Shown: positions 12,401 to 23,300 of the stretch, piece after piece
How positions within the stretch are numbered: position 1 is the first letter of the stretch
How the letters are laid out: each line of letters begins with the position of its first letter
DNA from: Jimgerdemannia flammicorona
Lineage: Eukaryota
NCBI GenBank assembly: GCA_003990765.1
Contig: RBNJ01000193.1
Span: 1 to 37,216 of the forward strand
Direction: 5' to 3'
DNA length: 37,216 nucleotides
Made by a program: the position numbers and the translations under genes
Notes under the pieces: model-generated
Databases searched by the model: none
Told to the model about the DNA's origin: nothing
What the model saw: only the letters and a program-made list of their open reading frames with translations

Positions 12401-15400
12401 TAAAGGAAATACCATTGGAGACGAGGGAGCGCAAGTTTTTGCTGAGTCTTTGAAGCAGAACGCGAGCTTGACTGAGCTGGATCTCTCTGGTATGTCATGG
12501 AATCGGGCTCACGATCTATGCATGTTCGCTAATTCCTGGTTCATTTTACAGATAATAGCATTGTCGACAAGGAGGCATGCGTCCTATCCGCGTTTCTGAG
12601 ACAGAACATGACCTTGACCAAGCTGAATCTCTCTGGTATGTCAGAACTACCTGACGGAATCAAGTCCTCGATTTGTGTGTGTTTGTTCATCCCCTGTTAT
12701 TTTAAAGAGAATAAGATTGGCGACGAGGGGGCGACCTTAACCGAGCTAGATATCTCCGGTATGTCGAGGAATTGTGTTCAGCTGCGTGATGAAATCAAGC
12801 TCACGATCTGTGTACGTCCGCTCATTTTAAAGGGAATTACATCGTCGACGAAGGAACATGTGCCTTAGCGCTAAATCTCTCTGGTATGTCCAAACTGTGT
12901 GAGACATTGTGTTCAATTGTGTGATGGAATCAAGCTCATGACCTGTGCATATTTGTTCATTTTAAAGGGAATCATATCGGCGACGAAGGAGCACGTGCCC
13001 TAGCGATGTTTCTGAAACAGAACACGACCGTGACCAAATTGAATCTCTCTGGTATGTCAGAATTATGTAATGTATTGCGTGCAGCTGTGTGATAAAATCA
13101 AGATTACAATCTGTGTGTATTCGCTCAACCCTATTCATTTCAAAGGAAATGACATCCGCAGCGAAGGGGCACGCGCCCTAGCTGGGTCTCTGAAGCAGAA
13201 CACGACCTTGACCGAGCTGAATCTTAATAGTATGTCAGAACTGTGTGGAGTATTGTGTGTATGCAGCTGCATAATGTAATCAAGCTCACGATCTGTGTAT
13301 GTTCGCTCATTCCTTAATAATTTTAAAGGAAATATTATTGGCGACGAGGGGGCACGCATCCTAGCCGAGTCTCTGATGCAGAACACGACCTTGACCGGGC
13401 TGAATCTCTCCGGTATGCCACGACTATGTGAGATATTAGCTGCAGCTGCATGATGAAATCAAGCTCACGATCTGTGCATGCTCGCTCATACCCTGTTCTA
13501 TTAAAGGGAGCGACATTGGCAGCGAGGGGGCACGCTCCCTAATTAAGTATCTGAAATATAACATGACCTTGACTGAGCTGAATCTCGAAGGTATGTTAGA
13601 ACGTGCAAAAATTGTGTACAGCTAGATGGAATCAAGCTCATGATCTGTTCATTTGCTCATCCCCTGTTCATTTTAAAGAGAATGTCATCGGAGTCGAGGA
13701 GGTACGGGTCCTAACGGAGTGTCTGAAGCAGAATATGATCTTGACTGAGCTGAATCTCTTCTGTATGTCAGAGCTGTGAGAAGTATTGTGTGCAGCTGTG
13801 TGAAGAAGTCAAGCTTACGATCTGTACATGTCTGCTCACCACTTGTTCATTTACAGTCAACAGCATTGGTTACAAGAGGGCATCCCGCCTTGCCAAATCT
13901 CTGAAGCGCAGCTCGACCTGGACAGAATTGAATCTCTCCTGTATGCCAGGACTACGTGAATCATTGCGGGCACCTGTAATACAGCTCACGATCTGTACGT
14001 GTTCGCTCATCTCCTGTTCATTTTATAGATCATGGCATCGACAACGAAGAGACACGCGCCATAGCCGAGTTTCTGAATCAGAACATGACCGTGACCAAGC
14101 TGAATCTCGAACGTATGTCAGAGCTGTGTAAAGGCATTGCGTGCATCTGCGTGATAAAATCAAGCTCACGATCAGGGCATGTTCACTCATCCCTGTTGAT
14201 TTTGAAGAGAGTAACATCAGCCATGAGGGGGCATGCACTCTAGCCGAGTCTCTGAAACAGAACACAACCTTGACCGAGCTGAATTTTTCTGGTATGTCAG
14301 AACTGTATGAAGTATTGTATGCAGCTGTGTGATGGAGTCAAGTTCACAATTGTTCATTTTAAAGGAAATGGTATCCACGACGAGGGAGCACGCGCTCTAG
14401 CCGAATCTCTGAAGCAGAACACGACCTTGACCAATCTGAATCTCGAACGTATGTCAGGACTATGTGAAGTATTGTGTGCAGCTGTGTGATGGAATCAAGC
14501 TCACGACCCGTGCACGTTCGCTTGTTTTAAAGGGAACTACATCGGCAACAAGGGAGCATGCGACCTAGCGGAGTCTCTGAAGCAGAACACGACATTGACC
14601 GAGCTGAATCTCCAAGGTATGTCAGGTCTGTGCGGATCATTGTGTGCAGCTGCATGATGTAATCAAGCTCACGATCTGTACATGTTCGGCCATCACCTGT
14701 TTATTTTAAAGGGAATACGATTGGCGACGAGGGTGCACGCGCCCTAGCCGAAACTCTGAAGCAGAATACGACCTTAACCGAGCTGAATCTTTCTGGTATG
14801 CCACAACTGTGTGGAGCATTGTATGCAGCTGCGCGATGTAATGAACCAAACAATCTGTGCGTGTTTGCTCATACCCTGTTAATTTTAAAGGGAACAAGAT
14901 CGACTACAAGATGGCACACGCCCTAGCTGAGTCTCTGAAGCAGAAGAGGTTCCTCAAGTCTTTGAAGCAGAACACGGCCTTGACCAAGCTGAATTTCTCT
15001 GGTATTTCAGAACTATGTGAAGCATTGCGTGCAGCTATATTATGGAATCAAGCTTGCGATCTGTGCGTGTTCTCTTACCCCTGTCCATTTTAAAGGGTAC
15101 AATATCGGCAATGAATGGGCATGCGTCCTAGCCGAGTTTCTGAAGCAGAACACGACATTGACTGAGCTTTATCTTGATTGTATGTCAGAACTATGTAAAA
15201 TATTGTGTGTGGCTGCGTGATGGAATCAAGCTCACTATCTGTGTGTGTTCGCTCATCCCTTATTCATTTAAAGGGAATGAGATTGGCGACGAGGGTGCAC
15301 GCGTCCTAGCCGAGTCTTTGAAGCAGAACACGACCTTGACCGAACTGGATCTCAAAGGTATGTCAGAACTGTGTGAAGTATTGTGTGCAGCTGTGTGATG

Positions 15401-16766
15401 AAATAAAGCTCACGATCCGTGCATGTTCGCTTATTTTAAAGGGAATAAGATTGGCGGCGAAGGTGCACTCGCCCTAGCCGAGTTTCTGAAGCAGAACACG
15501 ACATTGACCGAGCTGAATCTCTCTGGTATGTCAGAACTGTGAAGTATTGTGTGTAGCTGTGTGATGGAATCAAGCTCACGATCCGTGCATGTTCGCTTAT
15601 TTTAAAGAGAATAAGATTGGCGGCGAAGGTGCACTCGCCCTAGCCGAGTCTCAGAAGCAGAACACGACATTGACCGAGCTGAATCTCACTGGTATGTCAG
15701 AACTGTGAAGTATTGTGTGTAGCTGTGTGATGGAATCAAGCTCACGATCCGTGCATGTTCGCTTATTTTAAAGGGAATAAGGTTGGCAACGAGGGTGCAC
15801 GCGCCCTAGCCGAGTCTTTGAAGCAGAACACGACCTTGACCGAACTGAATCTCGAAAGTATGTCAGAACTGTGTGCAGCTGTGTGATGAAATCAAGCTCA
15901 CGATCTGTGCATGTTCGCTTATTTTAAAGGGAATAAGATTGGCAACGAGGGCGCATGCTACCTAGCTGAGTCTCTGAACCAGAACGCAACGTTAACCAAA
16001 CTGAATCTCGAATGTATATCAGAACTGTGTAAAATATTGTGTGCGGCTGCATGATGGAATCAAACTCACTATCTGTGCGTTTTCGCTCATCCCTTTTCAT
16101 TTTAAAGGGAATGAGATTGGCGACGAGGGTGCACGCGCCCTAGCCGAGTCTTTGAAGCAGAACACGACCTTGACCGAGCTGAATCTCAAAAGTATGTCAG
16201 AACTATGTGCAGCTGTGTGATGAAATCAAGCTCACGATCCGTGCATGTTCGCTTATTTTAAAGGGAATAAGATTGGCGGCGAAGATGCACTCGCCCTAGC
16301 CGAGTCTCTGAAGCGGAACACGACATTGACCAAGCTGAATCTCTCTGGTATGTCAGAACTGTGAAGTATTTTGTGCAGCTGTGTGATGGAATCAAGCTCA
16401 CGATCCGTGCATGTTCGCTTATTTTAAAGGGAATAAGGTTGGCAACGAGGGTGCACGCGCCCTAGCCGAATCTTTGAAGCAGAACACGACCTTGACCGAA
16501 CTGAATCTCGAAAGTATGTCGGAACTGTGTGCAGCTGTGTGATGAAATCAAGCTCACGATCTGTGCATGTTTTCCCATCACCTGTTCATTTTAAAGGGAA
16601 TAGGATTGGTGACGAGGTGGCACACGCACTAGCCAAGTCTCTGAGGCCAAATCTTTCTGGTATGTCAGGATTGTGTGAAGCATTGTGTGCAGCTAGGTGA
16701 TGGAATCAAGTTCACTATGTTTATGTGTTTATGTATCCTACACTCATAGCGTCAAGAACAAGGTGA
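9464..16766 (+). CDS. TKL-like non-RD protein kinase fused to 34 RI-type leucine-rich repeats (~1357 aa if all exons are used). Exons 9464-9781, 9871-10819, 10908-10925, then 34 LRR exons from 11045 to 16659, final exon from 16750 (3' end uncertain, possibly 16807)
   Basis: Kinase motifs LAEGGFAKVY, VAAK, LVMQFA, FIHEDLHAGN, IDVGLS, YLPPE, KSDVYCLG, CWHPDPDQRP. The phase-1 donor at 10820 leads into phase-1 exons encoding NxIGDEGARALAESLKQNTTLTELNLS. No stop codon occurs in any LRR exon or sequential junction. Confidence 0.85.
10662..10725 (+). repeat. 12-bp coding minisatellite (AGCAGCGTCGCC-like) encoding an SSVA repeat linker
   Basis: NSSVASSVTSNVASSVASSSVA between the kinase domain and the LRRs. 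Confidence 0.7.
11045..16749 (+). repeat. Tandem array of 34 exon+intron units (~125-205 bp). Exons: 11045-11104, 11197-11280, 11363-11446, 11528-11611, 11704-11787, 11883-11966, 12050-12133, 12227-12310, 12406-12489, 12552-12635, 12708-12758, 12833-12883, 12968-13051, 13146-13229, 13329-13412, 13507-13590, 13679-13762, 13857-13940, 14029-14112, 14208-14291, 14365-14448, 14533-14616, 14712-14795, 14891-15001, 15096-15179, 15274-15357, 15442-15525, 15608-15691, 15774-15857, 15930-16013, 16108-16191, 16264-16347, 16430-16513, 16597-16659
   Basis: Each unit has an acceptor (mostly TTTTAAAG), an 84-nt LRR exon, a donor (mostly GTATGT) and a homologous intron (GTATGTCAGAACTGTGTGAAGTATTGTGTGCAGCTGTGTGATGGAATCAAGCTCACGATCTGTGCATGTTCGCT...TTTTAAAG). 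Confidence 0.95.
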
Positions 16767-18356
16767 TCGAATTTCTGAAACGGAACAAACTGTCACGGTG
16801 GATTTGAGAATAGTTTTTTCAATCAAGAGATTAAAATATATAGGTTGCTATTTTCCATTTGAAAAAATATTTATTAAGTATTGCGAAATAGATAAGTCAC
16901 AATAATATCACATGAAAAATTATATTCCTCGCTCTATTAGAGATACCTTGAGGAAAAAATTGAGATGCATCAAATGAATTGGGATGTATCAAATTTGTAC
17001 CCTCTGCGACTTTGGAGATACGTATCATGTTAGGTGGCATAGAGTTCTATGTAAGATTCGGATCAGGCTCCGATCCGTTTGCTTCAATTCCAATATGTGT
17101 TATCAATACTCGCATGCGAAGGTTGCCCATTCTAGATATCGTGCCGAACGTTATCAGGTCCATATTTTGATGGTAACATCACACATAAGATCGTAAAGTT
17201 GGAGAACTGCCATGGTGGCACGGCGGCACTGTGCCCTATGCGAAGTAGGGTAGAGTGGCGCAAAAGAGAGTTGATGTATGGTGAGCTTTTTTAAGCGTAC
17301 AAACAGTGATTGGAAATTGCTGATAAAAAAAAAAAAAAAACATGATAGTTCGGTCTGCTTGAATCATCCACTATTTCCAATATTTGCTATGATAATGGAT
17401 TAGTAATAGGAACTCATTCATGCAACAGTATGCCTTTATTCGCCCCATGACCTGTATACTTCATTTCTTGATGAGAAGTTCATGGTTATATAAAAAATTG
17501 TTCGCCGCCGCACGTGATGTTGGGTCGCTTTTGTCGAGAGTCTATTTGTTGCGCAATCTTGTTGGTTGTCTTGCCAGACTTTAACTCATTGACAACTGGC
17601 AAGACAGAAAGTCGTAAAAGCACTTCGGTATGATGGTAAAACATGCATTAGTCATAAGACAAGATGCTGAACACTGAAAAAGCAGGTCTGAAGGCCTAAA
17701 GGCAGCCATTAAGAAGAAACTATATTGGCTTCCACATCATATTAAGGTATGATATAAATTCACTGTTAGATACAAGAATTGGACCATTATTATTTACCTT
17801 GTCAGTTATCATCTAATAAATAACTGAGAACTGAAAGCTTTTGAATTTGATAATACTACTTATATAATATATATAACTTAAGTATTTTTTTTAAAAAAAA
17901 ATTCTATATATAAATAAATATTTATCTGAATTCTAATGGTTAATCATTGTCTTGTTGGAGAAAATAACCTATTTTAAGTCATCAGTAGTAAAATATATAT
18001 TAATTTTAAAATAATATATCAAATATTGAAAAAGAACAGATCTAAAGATCTAAAGATAGTTATTAAAAGAAGAAACTAATATGAACTATCTCATTTTATA
18101 TATTTTACAGTTATTATACTAACTTCTATTTTATTATATAATTTTTTTGATTATTTTATCAGACTTTAACTTATTAATTACTATTATTACAAATATTAGT
18201 AGATAGCTTTTTCATATTTTTAAAATATTAAAATTATATAGAGAGATAGAAAATATCTAAATAATATATAAAAATTTATTTATTTATTTAGCACTATTAT
18301 TAAATAAGTTATAATATAAAGAATATTAAGATAATAGTAAAAATAAAAAATAGATT

Positions 18357-18656
18357 TAGTACTTTCAAACAAATTGAATCGATTTAAATCAAATCAAATT
18401 GAGGATTTTTTAATTTGAATTGAGTTTGAATCAAATTGAATTTGAATCAAATTGAGGTCTAATTTGAAATATTTGAATTGAATTGAGATCTGATTCAATT
18501 TGAAATTTGAAATATAATAACTCAATGAAAATATGTTCAAATTTAATAAATGTTGGTATGTTGGATTTACCTTAATAAGGTAAATCCAGTATAACAAAGG
18601 TTATTAAATTTAGATATATTTTTATTAAGTTATTGAATTTCAAAAAATTTAAGTTT
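18357..18656. mobile_element. Truncated copy of the foldback MITE family (reverse orientation relative to 38-510)
   Basis: Starts TAGTACTTTCAAACAAATTGAAT, the reverse complement of the 510 end. Perfect palindrome TGGATTTACCTTA-A-TAAGGTAAATCCA (18562-18588) with imperfect arms extending about 80 bp. Confidence 0.6.
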
Positions 18657-19343
18657 ATAAATTGTTGAAATTTAAAATTAGTGACTTAATATATCAATCT
18701 TTTATTTATTATTCAAATATATAGCAATATAATATATTTAGTACTCATGATACTTACCCAATGTATTCTACTTATCTGATACTAAGTATCTAGCAGTATA
18801 TCTGGCTACAGCAATAGCTAACTAATGGGAATTATCATAAAGCCTTTTTCTCAAAGGTAGATTAGGAGTTAATAGATTCAACTTCTAGAAAATTTTAGAG
18901 AGAGTACTGCAAGTCTTCCCATATCATCTGTAATTATTACAACTGGTCCAAGGATGGCCTCCTGGCTTTGAGATGACTGGGATAACTGGGGCTAGGGGGG
19001 CCAGAGTGATGACTAGGACTAGGACAATAACCAGAGCTAAAGAGCTAACTGAAGCAGCTGAGAGGGTTGGAGCAATAGCTGATCAATTACTTTATCAATT
19101 ATTTTTTTCTTCTTTTTATATTTATCTTAAGTAGTATTGATTTTATCAATTGCTATCCAAATGGATATCTTGTCAATTACATGATTCATATCTTTGAAAT
19201 AATTTGAGAGATAGTTGAGATAAGCTTGAATATATCTTATTTTATTTTTATTAGGTTTTTTTATTATTTTATTTTTTTATTAAAGATAGTAGCTTAAATA
19301 GTTTATTTATACATTTTTAATATCAGGCCAATAAGCAAACCCC

Positions 19344-19530
19344 AAGAGCTTCATAAGCTATAGTGATGCAATTAGAACTTCAAATATAACTAAGAGCTAT
19401 AGTGATGCAATTAATGAGTAAGCCTCAAAAGCTTTGAATATAGTATCAAGAATATAAGCAAGCCAAAAGATAGTGCAAGAGCTATAGTAATGCAATTAAT
19501 GAGCTAGCCTCAAGAGCTTCAAATATGATA
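19344..19530. repeat. Local direct repeats (AGCTATAGTGATGCAATTA x3; CAAGAGCTTCA), possibly subterminal repeats of the hAT relic
   Basis: Visible imperfect repeats downstream (minus sense) of the hAT dimerisation domain. Confidence 0.5.
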
Positions 19531-19619
19531 GTATGTATATTAGAAATTATATTCAAATATTATGATATATAGATATATTTATTTAATATTTCAAGATTAA
19601 ACTATATTTTGAAATATTT

Positions 19620-19750
19620 CAACTATATTTTGAGATTTCAGAATTGACCAGCTTATTGCTACATTATTTATGAATTGTTTCAGAATCTAAAGAATCTCTT
19701 TTAGGTTCTACAAGATCTTTATCTCTTGAAAAAACTCTCTCTATGAGTGT
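19620..19750 (-). pseudogene. hAT transposase relic, C-terminal end of the dimerisation domain (split by the Gypsy insertion)
   Basis: The minus strand reads LIERVFSRDKDLVEPKRDSLDSETIH, which continues the YPNLAKIAYDYLAISITNT segment at 26469+. Confidence 0.8.
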
Positions 19751-20219
19751 TGTGATGGTACAGCTAAATTCAGAAGAAGAAAATAGGGAATAGACACTTG
19801 ATCACACCCATTCCCAAAGTAGTATAGCTTTATAGTTAGCAGTCCTTGATTTTGACATTGTCTAAATTCTTAGACATTATCCAAATCGAACACCCCGATT
19901 TAGTATAGCATTTTGACATTGTCTAAATTTCTAGACATTGTCTAAATGACTCATAACTTAGCCACATAACTCAGTAACTATCTCATAGCTAGCAAACTTG
20001 TATAAATAATCCAGTATCTTCAAGTGAATAAACCTCAGATCGAAATAGTTCAAAAGCAAAGAGATAGCAAAAAAACTAGTAAGCCTGTGGGCAGATACAC
20101 TTCGAACTCACCCACCCTCCCCTACAACTTCAAGAAGACTCTGCGAGAGTCAGAACGGTCAAGTTTTCAAGATACAGAAATCCAACATACTTTCAAGAGT
20201 AAGCGTCCGCTATGTTACA
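19751..20219 (+). repeat. 5' LTR (469 bp)
   Basis: TGTGATGG...GTTACA; about 94% identical to 26000-26468 by manual comparison; TATAAATAA and AATAAA inside. Confidence 0.95.
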
Positions 20220-20222
20220 ACT

Positions 20223-20240
20223 TGGTGCCCATTGGCTGGT
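20223..20240 (+). promoter_or_regulatory. Primer-binding site (tRNA identity not assigned)
   Basis: TGGTGCCCATTGGCTGG begins 3 nt after the 5' LTR; TGG is complementary to the tRNA CCA end. Confidence 0.7.
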
Positions 20241-20333
20241 GATTCAAGATAAATCCCTCACTTTTAAGCTGAATAATGAACAACTACCACTATCCGAACA
20301 ACCATACAAACCGAGCCCCAATACCCAGACAAG

Positions 20334-23300
20334 ATGGATATGAGACTGCCAGGATTCTATAGATATACCTCAGATGAATTAATCATCACTTTCATTGATG
20401 ATTTCGAGCAGTATGCTGCTGTAAGGACTCTGACAGCAGCACAGCAAGTAGCCCTCATACCCTTCAGCCTACGAGGCCCTGCTAGAGCAGCATTCACAGC
20501 TGCAACCCATGCAGGAAATGATACTAATGCCATACTGACAGCACAGAAGACCTGGCTCTGAAATACATATTACACAGATGAGATTAAGCAAGCCCTGAAG
20601 GATCAGCTCAACACAACATGCCAAGGAATGAGTAAGGATCCAAACATATTCTATACCAGAATTCGATATCAGATAATCCTTGCAGATTATGCTGCTGCTA
20701 TCTGAGATCAAGTAGCCAAAGCAATCTTCATGAAAGGAGTCCATTCAGAAATAGCCATGGCCATCCACTCATCACCAGTGATTCTGGATCTACCACAGAA
20801 GGTCACCTATGCTTAGCGATACTGGATAGCCAGACACCCACAAGACCATATAATGGAGAGAGTTACAGAAGTCAGAATCGAGGCACCCAAGGCAACCAGT
20901 GTGATCCCCATCACAATGATCAATCGAAACACACCTCAGCCAAAAGCTACAGAGCAGCAAAAGAACAGTGACCCTATGGAGGAACTCACCAAAAGATTTG
21001 CTGAAATGACTGCCCACCTGGGAGATGTAGTAAAGGAAATCTGAGGAAGAGATCACTGCTCTGTTTAGAAGTTTGCCACCATCTCAGATAAGAAGAAAGG
21101 TACCTGCTACAGCTGTGGAGAAGAAGGCCACTACTCCTATGAATATATGAGTGAAATCAAATGCAAGGCTCAACCAAGCAATGCCACATAAAATAAGGAG
21201 CAGGCCAATATAATCACCTTTGAAGAAATTGGAGAATCCGACAAAGAGGAATGAGAGGCCTATCCTGCTCAGACTACTAAGAAGGATGCTCGCAAAGAAC
21301 CCTACAAGAGACCGCCAGGAAGACCTAAGAAGAACCCAGTGGAAAAGTAGATGGAAACTGCCACAGAAAGCCAAGCCAAAGAGATGGACCAAGATATTGA
21401 GCTGGAGCAAGTAGTTCAAGATATCATCTGAGGAACCACTCCAGCCAGTGAAGGAGAAAAAGAAAAGAAGCTTTGCAAGACCAAGACCTTTAAGTATGAT
21501 ATCTTCAAGGATCTCAGTCAACAAAAGATCAATGCAACCTTTGGTCAGCTTGCAGAAATCCCAACATTTAGACAGCAAATGAGGTTTGGACTTGCCAAAA
21601 CAACTAAGGAACAAGGATGGAAGATAACTGAGGCCAATAATGTTCAAGAGGACTTAGGAGAAGAAAGTGAGGACAATCACAAAACCTCTGCTTATGCAAC
21701 ATGCTAAATTGAAGATAGAACCTTTGAAGCCATCATTGATATGGGAGCAGGAGGATGTCTCCTCAGTAAGAAGGCAGCAGACCACCTAGGTTGGGATGTA
21801 GAAGAAGCAACTAAGCTAGTATTTGTCACAGCTGATGGTACAAGAGCCACACCTCTGAAAAAGATCCGAGACATTCTCATCAAGATCGGAGGAGCAACAA
21901 TCTCAGTAGATGTAATCGTAATCAATGCCACCAACTATGACATCCTCATTGGCAATCAATGGCTTCACAAAGCTAAGGCAGTAATCGATCTCAATGCTCA
22001 GAAGATGCAGATCACCTATCAGGGACAGAAGATATGAATTCCCTTCAATGTTAACAAAGGAGTCCTGCCCAATATGGAGGAAGAAGAGAGTGAGCAAGAG
22101 GAAGCTTATATGGTAACTACTCCAAAGAAGAAGAAAGTTGGATGGATGAGTGAAGAAGAATGGTGCAAGAAGATTGCAGAAGGTTATACCCCACAAGGAG
22201 TCTGTCCTCATGGAATCAAGATATACTGTATGGAGCATGTCAATGATTGCTACCAGTGCACCATTGGAACCAAGAAGATCTACCAGGAAAGAAGGCAGAA
22301 AGCTCTCGAAAAACAGATCAGGGAAGAAGAGAAGGAGGAAAATGATGAACCACCAGCCCTCCTAGAGGACAGTGATAATGAAGAAGAAATCAAGGTCAAG
22401 ATTCAAAAGATCCACCCTGATGCAGTCTTGCCAGAATACAAGTCAGAAAATGCAGCCGGAATGGACATCGCTACAGTAGAAGAAACTGTACTGGAACTCC
22501 AGACAACCACTCTACTCGCAACTGAACTGGAGATAATCATCCTAAAGGATTATGTTGGGATTCTCAAGATAAGAAGCAGCCTGGCTAGAAGTGAAATCAC
22601 AATCAAAGGAGGAGTCATTGATTCAGACTATACTGAAGAAATTCTACTCATTGCTAGAAACCACAATCCTACAATTCCATTCCCAGTCAAAAAGAAGGAC
22701 CGATTGGCACAGATGTTGATCTTCCCAATCATACAGCCAAGGATCATAGAAGTCAAGAATCTAGAGAAAACAAAAAGAGGAAAAAAAGGATTTGGATCTA
22801 CAGGAAGAGGAGTATTCGCCAGCACCAAGATCACTGAACTCGAGCATAAGAAGGAGAAAAACATGAGCAAGCACAGTTACACCATTGGAGACGAATTCCC
22901 ACTCAAGGAGGAACTCAAAAAAATACTCCACAAATTCGAGAATGTCCTTGCCACAGATTTCAAGGATATCAAGGGAAAGACCCCACACTACTATCACAAG
23001 GTAGATACCAGAGACACCGAACCAATTTATCAGAAGGCAAGACTCGTCCCGCCAGCCTACCGAGAATGGCTCAGAGAAGAAATCAAGCAGATGGAAGAAG
23101 CCAGCATCATCAAAGAAGCCAGCAGCCCCTGGTCTTCACCAGTTGTACTAGCTCTGAAAAAAGGAAGCAAACCTGGAGAATTTGCCCCAAGGCTCTGTGT
23201 CGACTACAGAAAGCTCAATACAGTTACCAAGAAGGATTGCCAACCACTACTACTCATCAGTGACATCCTTATAATACTGGGAGATGAAGCAGAGTACTAC

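Noticed and set aside
11637..15398. Many short Cys-rich ORFs in the ORF track as separate small proteins
   Set aside because: They are single LRR exons read through into TG-rich flanking introns.
11045..16749. CRISPR-like array or non-coding satellite
   Set aside because: Both parts of each unit are homologous across copies (no unique spacers), the units encode LRRs bounded by splice sites, and no cas genes are present.
9464..16766. Classical NLR or receptor-like kinase
   Set aside because: No P-loop NACHT/NB-ARC domain, signal peptide or transmembrane helix is visible, and the LRRs are C-terminal to the kinase.
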